A model generated the notes under the pieces. That model was given only the letters and a program-made list of their open reading frames with translations. It did no database searches and had not been told where the DNA came from. From positions 10,758,485-10,822,484 of the forward strand of contig NC_134027.1 of assembly GCF_964204645.1 (NCBI RefSeq): a stretch of 64,000 nucleotides of DNA, read 5' to 3'. How positions within the stretch are numbered: position 1 is the stretch's first letter; every line of letters starts with the position of its first letter. Positions 38,035 to 52,847 of the stretch are shown here, one piece after another. The translations under genes and the position numbers were made by a program. The DNA comes from Tubulanus polymorphus (taxonomy: Eukaryota > Animalia > Nemertea).

Positions 38035-41000
38035 TAAGTGAATCGAGTCACTTGGAGAACCAGTTAAAATTCAATAATTTGACCTATTCTAAGATTTGGC
38101 TCGGGCGTGTGACCATTTGGCGCCCAGGTGGACAGTTGATTCGGGCCTAATTTGGCATGGACAAAAGTTGGCCGGGGCATATGACACTTGTATGATCGCG
38201 GTTAATGACGAATGCCCGAAGGAATAGTTCCATGCTGCAGAATGATGATACCCATCAGTAGACAGTTCCCCCCCCCCCCGCCCAAACAGATTTGTGGGCC
38301 TGGTTAACCTCATCATTTATGTTTATATGCTGTTTAGTCGCGACAGTTTTTTTTACGGTATTTAAATGGATCGGCGAATTCGAGGAATTTTTCTGCTTCT
38401 GCTTTGACGATGAATGAAACGCCGTCAAAGCTTTTTCACGCGATTTATTTCATGAATGGAACGACAGATAGGAACCAGCTCGTCTCTGCAACTCGGTTTC
38501 TCCTCCACGACGTCGAGATGTGTAAATACTCGCATCTATTTGAACTGGCTTTCTGTCGGATTGCAGTTGGATTTGTTGAAAATCAACTGCGTCGAGAGCA
38601 AACTTACTTAATCATTCTTCGAAACTGTGATAACAATTGATTTCTGCTGCTCGAAGAACAGTCGGTGTTAGCTTCGAAATGTTTTACCCGGCAAATTTGT
38701 TGAATGGCTACGTCACAGACGATTGGTATTCAATCATATCTTCGATCTGCGTTCGTTGGCGAAATGATTACTTATGGAGTGCAGTCATCGAAAGACAATA
38801 TCGTTCGGAATAAATCCATTCAAAATCGTCGAAGTTCGATTTTAGTTTTTGCCGAAAATTTGTTGACGGTTAAAATTCCATCGGTCTAACGCGATCACAC
38901 GAGCATTTGTGGCCCGGTTCAAATTTGGCCCATACCGAAATTTACCCAGAACAACCATTAATGCAGGTGCCAAATGGGCCGCCAATGCCTGTTTGGCCCG
39001 AACCGAATTTGAGCCCAACCACAAACGTGCGACCAGGCCCGAGCCAAAATTTAGCTTGGGTCAAATTATTGCGTCTAAATCGCTTCTGGTTCCGGAAGTG
39101 ACTCACTTCGCTTTAAGCATTGTTTAGTATCAAGTGAGTGATTTATGTGTGAACGCGCTGGCCAAGATTGACTCGAAACTGATCCGTGCCAATTTGGCCT
39201 GTGCGATCGCAGCTTATGAGTCCTTGAAGTCATTACTCGGCCAGTTTTTGAATATTGTTCATATCAAGTAGATCAATTGGTATAACAAGAAAGATACGGA
39301 ATTGTGTAAAGACATGTTTTTCAGGCATGTTTCCAACTTAAAATTATCAACATCACAGTACCTAAAGCCATCCCTTAATCATGCAGGCGACTTGGGCTGG
39401 CCTTTTTTTGGCGTCTGCTAAGAACCTGTAACGTGGAAACTTGCTCTTGTCGCAGGTGGACTTCGTTTTTCGAACGCGATAATGAGGCATCTCAAATCGT
39501 ACGGCGTAGAAATGGTGATTAAAGTTGCATCGATTTCGTTTCCGGTTTGAAATTTCGTTTCATCGACTTCCGCCGTGGATATTTTCATTCGGCAACGATC
39601 ATGAAAGCTCCGTCTGCCATGTAGTAGTATTTAGCCGCAATCACTGGGAGACGATTTGGCCCGAGCCAAATTGGTACGGATCAGACCCGAGTCGAATTTG
39701 GCCGTACCTAATTAGAGAGCGCGCTCACACGCAAACCACTCACTCGATACTAAACTATGCTTAAACAAAGCGAAGTGAGTCATTTCCGGAATCACTTGCA
39801 ATTTACAAGCAATAATTTGACCCATGCTAAAATTTTGCTAGAGTCTAATGGGGTAAAACAGGCACAGGCCCATTTGCTTTTAGCCACATTACACGAGACT
39901 TTTTGACCCGACAAAAACGTCGGATCAGGCCCAAGCCAATTTTAGCACAGTTCAAATTATTGCGTGTGAATTGTAACAAGTGAAGTGACTCACTTGACTT
40001 TGAGCATTGTTTAGTGTGGAGTGAGTGGTTTATGTGTGAACGCGCTCTCTAATTAGGCTTGGGCCAAATTTGACATGGGCCTAATCCTTGCCTATTTTGC
40101 GCTGGCCAAATCATTGCTGTATGATCAGTGGCTTTTATCTGCCTTTTCTAGCGTCTACACACATAAAATGAAACATGTTTCACCAGCCACATGAAGCACT
40201 TATCTTAAAATTCTGGTGCTCAACACTGTCCTTTCAACTTGTCTCGCTACAGACTACAAATGATTTAAGCACAATGCTTGGCCGCGCGCAATTGCCTAAA
40301 ATTCTGCTAATGGAATTGATCACTGCTGTGGAACTTGTCAGCCTTTTGATGTAGTTGCAGCCCACTTGAGTCGAATTAACTTTCCGAAAATTGTCACTGT
40401 ATTATACTTAGCGTATGTAATGTCTTTTTGAGATGAAATCTCGAGCAAGAGTTCGCCCATGCCCTTAATGATCTATTTAGTGTTGCTTTCCGATTCTCAA
40501 ACATGAAATTCTACGATTTGAAAGCGACGGCTCGCATGCAACTATAAAATCAACGAACAATTTTGAAATATTTGCAATGGTAATTTTCGTGTTACGTGCA
40601 AGCTTAGTGTTTTACGTAAGCATTTTATTCTGAAAATTTTCATTTAATCCCAAACCTCGTCCCTGCACCCGATACCGATTTTTCTGTTCAGCAAAAATAA
40701 AATTTTAGAAAGCGTATTTATCTGTTACGATACAGTTCATCGAAAAACATATACCAAATTTTGGATTTTGAAGAATAATCTACGAAACCGGGCTCTGATG
40801 TTTGAAATTTTATACGGAATATGATTCTACTATTTTGTATTGGCTAAAAGCCACTTTCTCAGCGGAATTTTGAGCCATGGAAATAACCCTCGAAAGTTGC
40901 TGGTTTAATGCCTGGAACATTGGGAACAGGAATAAAACATATAACCCTGAAAGTTCCCATTTAAGGCTCGTGATAATTCAGATGTGGGATTAAACATTAA

Positions 41001-41050
41001 ATTCGCTGGGATAAGCATACGCCGCAACGTAAACTGCTAGATTTACTAAC

Positions 41051-41552
41051 CTTGATAATTTATGAATTTCAAAATTATCCACTTTCCGCGGACTGTTTTC
41101 GTCGAAAAATTATTTAGGTTCCTCCACTTCGCGCGCTAGCCCTTCGACGATCCTCGGAAATATTAATCCAACAACAACGATTTCGGCAATCAACGCTAAT
41201 TAAACCATCTCGCAATTTCTCCTCTGAGATCTCATCCGATTTAATACATCATACATTAAGAATTTCTTAATGAATTAACGAATAACAACAAATTCGACGA
41301 TTTAACGAAAAATGCACGATATTCCAGGCGGTTTTCGACGAAAAATCTTCGAAACTGTTACGAGAAAAAACAAACTGATCTACAAATTATCGATATGCGC
41401 GATTAAAACATGCCGCACGATTAAAACATTATTCGTGGAGAAATTGTATTCCTCTTCGGATTTCGTGTTAACGAAGCACTCGGCGGTCCGATTACTTTTA
41501 TTTCGGAAATCATTAGTAGCGGTTTCGAGCGAAAGTCGTATCCCTCTAGACT
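41051..41552 (-). other. Candidate non-coding first exon of the GPCR
   Basis: Minus-strand Inr-like TCAGTC at 41554-41549, GA/CT repeat at 41641-41660 upstream, CpG-rich exon body, donor CAAG|GTTAGT at 41051. Confidence 0.4.
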
Positions 41553-44441
41553 GACCGATGTCATCGGAGTGTACTGCATGAGATATTCAGCTGGCTGAGT
41601 TGCCCGCGTGCGCGCGAGTTGTTGTTCAACGTACTGTGCGCTCTCGCTCTCTCTCTCTCTTTCTACAGACTGCGATGGCTATGATTGAAATTCATCTGTC
41701 ACCTTCATCCGTGGTTGTCGTTCGGATATGTTAGTTGAATATTCTTATGCTAGAAAATCTCCCTTAAATTTTGAACGAGTCGATCGATTTTGGGACATTG
41801 AGCTGTTTGAGTAATACTACAGTAAATATTTATTTTTCACGTAAGCCATACATAAAATGTAATTAGTCGATACATTTTAAGTGCATTGTATTGTTACTAT
41901 GTTGATATTGAAATAGGGATGCTTGTCTTGTCTTATTTATTTGCTTGGTATATTTGATCAAATATGACTTGATAACCCACCACACCTTTTGAAATCGGAA
42001 AATCGAAGTACGGACATAGTTGTGTGATCGGCGGTCGAATTTACGGCACTTTTTCATTCAATCGAAGTACATCATTGGAAATCTTGGTTCCGGTTTATTG
42101 AAAACAAATCTTCCTTCCAGCCTAAACCAGCAAGCGACTGATTTTTAATGTCAGTCGCATGGAGTCAATTTGGCCTGGGCCAAATTTGATTTTCTCGTCC
42201 AATGACTTCGATGCCTTTACAAACCATTAGACTAGAAAAATGGTACCATCTTTAACCTAATTGGCCGGGTCACTTTTGTAAACTGCAATAGAATTTAATG
42301 TTATCAGTTGGTTTCTATAACCCCCGGGTCTGTTATGGCAAGCCTGATCATGATTTTAAAAAAGTAATATCCAGAGAGAGAGATAGTGGTTATAGAGGAA
42401 ACAATTCAATTGATCAATTAATGACTGGTATGTGCTTCTGATCTTCTGATTAACCCGCCACAATTAATCAAAATTTATTAATTAATGTCTCATTACCACT
42501 AGAACACGGCAGCGGAAAAGCAACTCCGGCCTGTCGGAAAGTCTCTGAGTTAGGGGAATTCGAAAAATACAGGGTAGATAGGCGGCCATCCCAGTCAACT
42601 TCTGAGCTCAGCAGAAAGGAGAAACATGGTGTCGTTTTTTAGCCTGAAATCTATTCTACCATACCCTAAACGCTATTCACTTTCATCGGATCCGGCTATC
42701 GTTGTTTGATCATAATTTGATCATTGGACGTGTATTATTATTACAGCTCGCGTTGGATTCTGGTGGGGGCTGATATTGAATCGGCCGGCAGCTGTCCATA
42801 TTTGGAGAAATACGACCTGCTTCGGCGTTTCGTATGTATTTAAAGAGTTTAATGAATAATAATGAAATTATCGTCGTTTTTCTCAGAACTGCGTTATTCT
42901 CTCGCGCGGCGACGTGGTGAAATAATCGATGGTTCGTGTAGAATATAAACAGATGTTTTGTCAATGTGCTTTTTACGTGTTGTCGTAATTAAACCGCCGA
43001 CGGAAGCAGGTTTTTAAGTAATGCGTAAAAAACGATTGAAGGCTGTCGTCTACGCTCTGGAATAGCTGAAGTGGTCGCGCATTATTCGAAAAACGAAAAT
43101 TCCCTCGTCTGTAGAAACGTTTCGAGCATCATCGAATGCTGTTCTTATTCTTGTGTTTCTCTGCGCGGCTTCCGAAGTTCAATGGCCGTTTCTTGATTAT
43201 TGTTTTTTTTTTCATCCTAGATTCCATAGCCGGCGAGCAAATCATTTGAAACGCAAAAATGAATTCATTCATTCATTCATAGGTTCTGTAACTACCGAAA
43301 AGAATACATTAAGACTACGTAAATGAAAATTTCTAAATTTCTTTGTTCGAAAAACGTTTGGACACACTGATGGATGGCATTAATGCCATTTTCTCTGTTA
43401 TTTGCGACTTTTGAAACGGTAAATCTAAGGGTTTAACGGAATATAGTCTAACAATTTAACTGGGCCTAAACTGCCTGTCATTGTACATTCAATGTTCGCA
43501 GAACTGACAGCGAGACAGACTGGTTAGGTTCTTATAAGCATCTTATAGCCTCGATCACACATAAACGATTTGGCCTGGGCCAAATTGGCACGAATCAGGC
43601 CAGTGCCTAAGAAGAGAGCGCGTTCACACGCAAACCATTCATTCCATACTAAACAATGCTCAAACAAAGTGAAGTGGATCATTTCCAGTGCCAGTTGCAA
43701 TTGAAACGCAATCATTTGTCTGGTGCTAAAATTTGGCTCGGGCCTGGTCCGACGTTTTTGGTCGGGCAAAATTTGGCCCAGGCCAAACAGACTCGGGCCC
43801 GTTTGGCACCCATATTAACAGTTGTTCCGGGCCAAAAATGCTCGTGTGATCGCGTCTTATATCGACTCGCTTCTTATAAGCTGCGATCACACAGATCAGG
43901 CCCGCGTCAAATTTGGCCCACACATTCACATGCAAACCACTCACTCGATACTAAACAATGCTCAAACAAAACGAAGCGGGTAATATCCGAACGCAATATT
44001 TTTTCCTCTGCTAGAATTTTGCTCTGGGCCTGGTCTGCTCTGGGTCTTTGGGGCCAAACAGACACGGGCCCATTTGGTACCCTCGTGAACAGTTGCTCCA
44101 GCCAAATAAGGGTCGGGCCAACAAAAACGTTCGCGTCATATCGGCTATAGCCTCACTGACTTAACACGAGTTACAAAAAATTGATTGAACCACGTAGTTT
44201 AATATAAGCATCTTATATCAACTCGTATGAAGCTGGATTAAAAACTATCTCTGTTTCCAAGTAAAGAACCACCGGCGTTTGAACGTAGCAGCGAGTCGCG
44301 GCACACACATCCCAGTACAAAATTCCGAACCTCGTAGGTAAATTGAATCTATATTTTAAGCCGTCTGCGCGAAGAATAGAAGAAAAAGACGCTTTTAAAT
44401 ACGGTACAAGGCTAGGATTCGTCTTCAGCAAACGAGCTTAA

Positions 44442-44879
44442 AGCCCGGCGCACACGGGCGACAGTTTCGAGCAATTCTCGAGCAACCGCCTGAATTGCTC
44501 GGCGTCGAACGAAAAAATTGCTTGTCTGCGGCAAGGGACGACAGCGATTGCTCGTTGTCAAAAGGAATTGCTTCGTGTTGCCCAATATCAAACATGTTTG
44601 ATATTGGGCAATTTTCCGTCGCCCAGAAATTGCTCACCGATCGCTCGGGAGTTGCTCGTGTGCTACCACTGGAGATATCAAGCGACAAGTGACTCATTAA
44701 CTAGCCAATGAGAGAGCGAACAATTATTATGTGATTCAACCAAATACGGCACCAGTCGAGGCTGTAGCGTGGCCATGTTGACAAGTCACATTACACAGAT
44801 GTTTGCCAGGAAAGATAAAGATGCTTGCAAATCAGTCGCAGCAACAGGCGACTAAAAATTGCCTCGTGTGCGCCAGGCT
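44442..44879. mobile_element. Harbinger-like MITE with internal 34-bp perfect palindrome
   Basis: TIR agcccggcgcacacg / cgtgtgcgccaggct; TAA/TTA flanks; palindrome at 44578-44611. Confidence 0.75.
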
Positions 44880-46306
44880 TTATCAATCGAACAGAGAGGT
44901 GCCGTAGCGAAAAAATAACCGCGCGGGGAGTCGGTAAAAGGGAACGTTGAAATCTGTGTTTTTATTCAACCTTGAATTGCGTTATAAGCCTTTCGATTTT
45001 AAGAAGGCATGAGATACGATTAGAATTCAGGGGCGGATCTAGGAAAAATTCGAAGGCCAGGTTCTAGAAGAAAATGAAAGGCATTTTGCATAATGCAGCC
45101 ATGTCAAAGGCCAATAGAGTGGGGTGCCATCCTCCGTCAAATTCCTGGCGGCGCCTCCTAAATCGATCAATCCAAGAAAATTGAAGACATATTTTGGATG
45201 GAAACACCATGACTAATTTCTTAAAAAATATAGCTAAAGCCGTGATCACACAGAGATGATTTGGCCCGGGCCGAATTGGCACGGATCAGGCCCGAGGCAA
45301 ATTTGGCCTGTGCCTATTTAGAGAGCGCGCTCACATGCAAACCACTCACTCGATACTATGAGTCACTTCTGGAACCAGTTGCAATATAAGCGCAATAATT
45401 TGACCCGTGTTAACATTTGGCTTGGGCCTGGTGCGTTGTCATTGGTCGAACCAAACAGGCACGGGCTCATCTGACACCTGCGTGGTGAACAGACACCGTT
45501 TGGGGCTTAACTTGGCGCGGGCCAAAAGTGCTCGTGTGCTGTCCGCTTATGTTGTTGGGCGTACGTCTTCGGTAGAGTATCTGCATCTCATGTCTTCGGT
45601 GAGCCGTCCTTAAGCACTGATCCACCGGTCGATTGCGCGTTGATTGTGACATTGTAAAGGTTGGATCAATGTGTCATTTGATGTGGGATTAATTTGGAGT
45701 GAATTTCTCATCTCGTTCTCGTCGCGGTATAATGTATCGTCGTAGTCTCGCCGACTGAAATGCGCACTGTCCAAACTCATGAATGTTAATACCGAACGAA
45801 TATGACATGGCATCCGGTTTTTATCGATGTGGTGAATATTTTCGCGGCCGTCACCGCGTGAAAGGAGGGCGCGCGTCGGTTCCGTTGGCTAACTTATCTC
45901 CGCGCGAAATTGACTTATTCGTAAGACGAAAAAGAAAAGAAAAAACAAATACGAACCCGGCCGTGATAGATTGAACGTTTCGTAATCCCCGAGAAGCTTA
46001 TGAAAATTTGCGTTTCTATTATATGCTTATTCGCGCAAATTTTTTCAAAGAGAAATTCCTGTCGTTAAGGAAACTATTTATCAGTTTTTCAGTGACAAGG
46101 CGCAAAGCCGCAGCACACCGACATTCTCTCTCTGATCTTACGAATCCATTTTTTATCAGCAACGCGTATACCTAGTTTATCGAGGGCATCTTTGAAGTCC
46201 ATCTGTACGTAGGTTTGGCAGCATGCGGTAACGTGATTTAATGACTAGTCTTCATGACAATGTTAGGTCAGCGTGAGTATCCTCAGTTTCGTCAATGGTT
46301 AAGGGT

Positions 46307-46640
46307 AATAATAATAATGTTCATTTAAGGCGCTTTTAATGTTCAAAGCGCCGACTCTCCTATGCTCCTTTGAAACGACGAGTCTCTTAAGTTTTTGCAA
46401 AAAGAGTCCGGGGTTCTGGAATACTCTCGAGAAATTCCGCTAAACCATTCTAAAGTTCAGCGCCGCATGAAAATGGATCATAGAAGTGTGTGATGAGGTC
46501 AAAATGGTGCCATGTTTTGGTTTTCCAAATATCCGAATCACAGTATTCTGCATGGTGGCTCCTATTGGAACCGGTTTTCTGCGTCTGCTAAGAATATCTA
46601 TGGTAGACACTTCGATCTCGATCGAACAGATCATGCCGTT
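46307..46640 (-). mobile_element. 3' fragment of an L2/CR1-type LINE
   Basis: Minus-strand degenerate translation DPFSCGAEL*NGLAEFLESIPEP/DSFCKNL resembles the L2 ORF2 C-terminus (AFS..AP.LWNSLP..LR...SF.K.LKT); aagcgc...aaat...(att)n tail. Confidence 0.5.
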
Positions 46641-49600
46641 ATTTGATTTTTGACTATGATTTTACTAATCGCAGTCGAAATGAAACAAAATTCATCACGA
46701 AAGCCGAGTTTGTATTCTGCGCGCGTCATATCGACAGAAAAAAGTGCATTCATTATATGATAGAATTCCATTTTTTTTTCTGCCTTGTTTAACTAGCTAA
46801 TGGGATTTCATTAAGATATAGAGCTGTGAATCTGACAAAAGTGATCGACATTTACAATCAATTTACTGCTTCGATTGTTCGCTGTTTGATATTCAGTAAT
46901 TAGTTTTTCGCTAAGCTTCTTCTCGACTTCGCCTACATGGACTCTCGTGAATGAAAACGCAATTCTGGTCGATGTGAAATTTCTCTTTTTTTGCGCTCAA
47001 AATAGAATTCGTAGAATCGTTCATGAGCGCGTCAAAAGTTTCTTCTTTAGGTTTTGATTCAACTTTTCCACACATTTTTTGTTGCCAGATATGCGAAGGT
47101 CTTAAAATTGTCGGTAAATTGTTGATGGACTTTCGTCAAAGACTAAAGCCGGGTGAAAGTCGACCTTGCGACGCGATGCGATCGTCGTGTGCCAGCGACT
47201 GTGTGCGACTAGTTGCTCCCAGTCGCAAGAGCGCGTAGGTCGGTTGCGACTTTCGCGTCGCGTCTCAGAAAGTAGAACTTGTGCGACTCATTGAGTCGCA
47301 AGCCATCGCAAGGCCGACCTAATTAGAGAAGGCGCGCACACGCAAACCACTCACACGATACTAAGCAATGCTTAAGCAAAGTGAAGGGAGTCACTTCCTG
47401 AACAAGTTGCAATTCATACGCAATAATTTGACCCGTGCTAAAATTCGGGTTTAGCGAAAAATGCTGATGTGTTCATGGCTTGTGATTCAAAATTTTGAAG
47501 ACATTATTTTTGGTTGTACGTACGTGCTATTCTTAAAACCGATTTCATAGGTGGTTAGGATCTTTTTCATAAGAAACTTGCATTGGGTATCATTATTCAC
47601 TATGATCTTCAAAATGGTTGTGGTCCACGTCGGAGATGGTTAAAATCTATTTCGTGAGAAGAAACTTACAGTATCGATATTCACTTAGCTTCAGATTGGT
47701 AGTGGTAGTGCTCCATGTCATAGGGTTAAAATCTTTTTTGTAAAAAGAAATTTCCAGTATCACGTACACTCGTCTTCGAAATCGTAGCGGTCCATGTATG
47801 GGTGGCTCGGAAATCATCTTAATTACAATTTTGGTGTCGGCTTAGAACGTCCGTCTATCTTGGAAACTTTGTGTTCGTTGTTTACTTGTTTTCAATACCG
47901 TCTCATGCCTGCGGATATTCATTGTTTTCGTATTTTGTCTCAATCGCTCGGTTCATCCGGTCCGATCTTTTTGCTCTCGTAAAAATGTTAATTATCGAAC
48001 ATGAAGGATGCTTGGAAGTACACAATAATTGCCGCGTAACTGGTAACTAATTGGTTTGCCAGCGGGGATGGATATATTTGAGGGCGACGCTTTTGTTTTT
48101 GCTTCGTTTTCCATTCAGAACGACAACGACGTCACGGATTCATCCGACGCGATCCGTTGAATGAGGTAAGTTTCATGTAACCGATCGATTTATTATCGAA
48201 TGTTGATATTCGGGCAAGCGTATCGTGGAATATTTTCGAATCGATCTAGTTTTAGACGACGAGGAATACGTTGTCGCAGCTGGGATGAACGTTGAGGTTT
48301 TTGATGGATTATTCCGCCGGTGGATCGAGATTTCTACGTGCGCGCGCGGCGCCGCAGATGAACCGCTGATTGACCCGCGTTTACTGCAACTGAAAGTAAA
48401 TGCCCTGAATGCCCCGAGCCAAAGCTCTCAGCGGATTCTCAGAAGATTTATTCAGCAGGTTGATGTGTATATTACAGCTTTACTAGGGGGTTGAAGTTTG
48501 AGTAATTCCTCTAGCGTAAACAATCATTAATTGATACTAAAGTGAGCTGGTGGAATTTATTATATAATCTCGCCCATCAGTAAGGTTAATCTTATTAAGA
48601 ATTCACCTGTCTACGCCTGATTCTGTTACATCTTACACTTGTTAATTGGTTTTCGCAATCTGTTGAGCATACCTGAGCATAGCTGGGTACTTAGCGCTGT
48701 GTAAGAACTGATAAAACTCATTAAAACTTTAGCGTGATATTTTCTGCCATTTATCCCTGGATTTACCATTATTTGGATTAACTGCTTGAAAGTCCTGTTC
48801 GCTCCATGAGTAGATTTAAGTATCATTATTTGTTACTCGTTGGAAGCGGTTCTTGTTGGTATTCAACCTTCCTCTGCCTTGGTATCCAAGGCATAAGGGG
48901 TCCTATGCCTATCCACATTCCTACGTTTATGACCTTAATGACATCATAATATATGACCCTTAATCATTAATTTCATTGTTTAAGTTCAAACAGTTACAGT
49001 TTGAAAGGCAAGGCACTATTTTCTAAACAAGAGTGTCCTGCATTTCAACAATGAGCTCCTACCCTATACTCTCCATGTTGAAATACCCGATATTGTCTGA
49101 GACGCTGCCCAACCAACTTCAAGTTAGCCAACTAGCCTAAAAAGATGGTTTTATGCCGGGCGAAGAAAAAAAAGACGTTGCAATAAAACTGGCGCTTACC
49201 AAGAAACTGTGTCCTAAAGTGAAACCCGAACATAAATCTCGAGTATCCGAGAAGCTGTTGCATCTGTTTATCTTCCGAAAGATGAAATAGTGACGGCATA
49301 AATCATAGACTCATCTACTGTTTATCGATGATAGTCTTTAATCGGTTCTTACTACGGCCGCGTGTTTAGTACCGACATCGTTTCAGGCTCGCTGCCATCG
49401 ATTTCTTGTTTCGCAACGATCCGATCTCGATTTTTTTTTCTTCAACAGACGTCGCAATCTCAGTCCGTAGCTTAGCGTTCGCAGACGTGTATGTGTATGC
49501 ATTTATCATAGCTGCCAACTGTTCTTCATTTTCAGTATTTGTTACTACTTCATGCGGAGAAATACTGTTTATATTTGTTTGAAGCGTACAGAAATATGAA

Positions 49601-52600
49601 AAGTGTTACTAAGGGTTTCACCGTTGATTACTGATTAAAATTCGAACATTTTCGTTCGTTCGTATTTCAATGAAATATTACTGAAAAAAATTCATTTTGT
49701 TGCTGATTGCGCTTGTCAGAGGTTGGCAGCCCCGTGTGTTGGCGTTACTACTTTATCCACAAAAATACTGATGATATTTGCTCAATGGGTACAGAAATAT
49801 GAAAAGTGTTAGCCAAGGTTCTTACTGACAAACATTTTCTTTCATATATTTCAATGAAACGCTACTGAAAAAAGATTCAATTTGCTACAGATCGCACTTT
49901 TCAGAGGTTGGCAGCCGTGTGCGTTTGTATCCGCGTATTACGTTTCCTCCATCAACGCCTGTGTCGTTCTTGTCAAAATATTCGATACGAAAAACGCGTA
50001 TCTCTGTCACCCAACGAAAGGCGTCGAATTACCGCGTCGCCGTCGGAAGACGTCGAAACAATTGGCCAAATTTCGGCGCCGCTGCGTTTCTCGAAACGTG
50101 AGAATTCGCGCGTACGTTTTACGACGACGGGTTCCGAGGGATCGTCGTCGGCTCGGTTATTGATTCGAGGCGAGTGAGCGCGTCGACGACGAGAAGACGA
50201 CGAGAAAACGTCGGGATGAAACGGGAACGAAAAGAAAAAAGCGTCGCGCCGAGAGCTTCAAAGCTACGGCGGATGTCTCCTGAACCGACAGCTTAGAATA
50301 CCTGCGCGTGAGATTGTGTGTGAAAAAATAATTAGGTGTGTTAATTTTTTACGCGTTACTAACTAGTTCAGCGTCATTGGAAAACATCTATTATGGTGTC
50401 TTGATTTTTCTTGCACCTATAAATCGGCGCGTAAAGTATCACTTCGTTTCGTTGTTATCATCGCGGGTGATGATTTTTTTCGTAAATCGACACAATAGAC
50501 GTATGGGATTTACTAGTAAAGGTCTCGGGTATCTTACAATAAGCAGTGTCAGATCGGGGGGGGGGGGGTCGTGGGGTGCACACCTCCCTTTTTTAAAGAA
50601 AATGGCAAAATCGTGGGCATATTTCCTTCCTAATTTTAAACAGGAAAGTGCTCAAAATGCATCTCATCTTCTAGGAGACCCAGACCCTCCTTTTGGACCC
50701 GCCCGCTGATGACAGACAGCTACATTACGGTCCATAAATGCGTCTAGGTAGTAACCCAATATTCCATCTGCAAACCCCTTTTCCCAAAAACTTCAAACCC
50801 CCTTTTGCTGATAAGCTACGGTATATCCTTAGGGTGAATCTTTGATGACAGTTGAGTTAACGATGTTTTTCTTTTCCTCTTCCTTTGAAAACGCAAATCG
50901 TTGATGGTCTCGAGTCAAGGGTGTACGTTCTATCGCGCGGCAATGGAAAAAAAATAAATCTAGAAAATCGCGCTGCTTGGACTTGCGGGAGAATGTTCAG
51001 CGTTTATTGCTGTGTTTTATGGCTGATTATTTCTGGTGACAGACACTGCCGTGCGCTATTGGAGTAGGTTGTTTACAGGGACTGATCATGGTTTATGTGG
51101 CGAACAAAAGCTGTTACAAGAAGCAGCGGCAGTCACTTTCATTTGTTCCGTCAGTGTATGTACCAGTTGACTGACAGTTAAGGGATTTCCTCGGTAATCC
51201 CTAATGTCTGGAAATGTGAGGACTGCTGTTAGGTTCGGAATACAGAGGCGCACTAAAAACCCCGAATTCACGGATTCAACTTCGATTGGTCATAACTGCT
51301 GATTTATTATCATGCCGCTGTTCCGGTAGACAAAATAAGAAAATTGAAGGAAAAAGAAACCTTTTTTAGGAATCCTTGGTAATGCACCGTTGTTTGGCCT
51401 CTGCCTTGAACGGACCAATTTCGAAGGGCTAAATGAATGCTTTGGGTTCATGCAGTTTTTAAATCAGCTGTTATTACTGGTCTAGCCAGACCCAACACTA
51501 GCCGTTATCACACAAGCATTTTTTGGCCCGAAAAATTGTTCACACGGGTGCCAAAATGGGCCCCGGCCAAACAAAGTTGACCCCGCCAAAAATGTTGGAC
51601 TAAATTTCTATTTACATGAGAAATCATGCATTCCAAAATTAAGAATGGACTTCAGTCATGGACTTCAGATCAGTCAGTTCTGAAATGGAAATGCAGCAAT
51701 TTCGAACGTACTTTTCACAAGGGCGTAAGCTTGATCTGTTCAAAATTGGAACTGAGACTAAATTTAGAACGTTCTGAATGGTGTAATGCTAGCGCGCCTC
51801 AAGACAATCGATCAGTACCATTATGTGAAAGGTGACGATATTCAGCTACAACGCGCTGTACTGGGTCAACCCCGTTTTAATAGATGATATTCGAGATTTA
51901 AACGGTGCAATAACTTTCTACGCGCTCTGTGGAAGTTAGTCATAAAATACTCGCCGGCATTCAGCGCTTTACGACGGAATAACGGCTTCTCCTCGATACC
52001 CAGTTCACTTTGCGTTTAATGTTCACAGAGTTTACTGTTCTTGGTTTCAGTGCAGTATGGTTTTCACTTTTTGATGGACGTTTTTTCGATGACTTCGTGC
52101 AAATTATCAGAAGCGTCAGTAACGATTCGGGCACCCGCGTTTTAGGTCAAATTCGCGTTTGAAAGTCAGTTAGTACTTTTCTTCAAATCGAGTTATTCGA
52201 GTAAGTGTTATTAGAAAGTAACGGTATCGTCAGAATTATAGCATGAAGCAATGTTTTTTGATTTGATGCTGGGAATATTAAAATTTTCAAATCAAGGCAT
52301 TTGGGTGTCCATAGCCACGATCACGCAAGCATATTTGGCCAAAATGGCTCGTATTTAGGCCCGGAACGACCGTTCACATGGGTGCCAAATGGGCCGTGCC
52401 TGTTTGGCGCTAGCTGCATTTGGCCTGACCAAAACCGTCTGACCAGGCACAAGCCAAATTTAAGCACGGGTCAAGTTGCTGCTTTTGAATTGCTACTGGT
52501 TCCGGAAGTGACTAACTTCGCTTTATTAAAGCATTGTTCAGTATCCAGTGAGTGGTTTACGTATGAACGCGATGTCCAATTCGGCCCGGGCCAAATCATC

Positions 52601-52847
52601 CCTGCGTGATCGCAGCTTATGGGTTTTCTTGGTAATTACATCGGCTTAGCATGTCCGTCGCGGAAACTCGGAAGTTTTTCTCTTAAGTCGGTCGGAATGC
52701 GTTCGAACCGATAGATGATCCAGCCGGATAAACGCGCGATACAAAAGGCTGGCCGACTAGTATCGTGTATCGTCGTCACCTGATGAAAATAAAATATTCG
52801 CTTTTCATAAGCGTCTGATAATGAACGATATTTAGAACGATAACATA

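Noticed and set aside
43524-44150. Recurrent similar short ORFs (also ~21975, 38907, 52301, 55784, 57133) suggesting a peptide family
   Set aside because: All are translations of family-A MITE copies in inconsistent frames.
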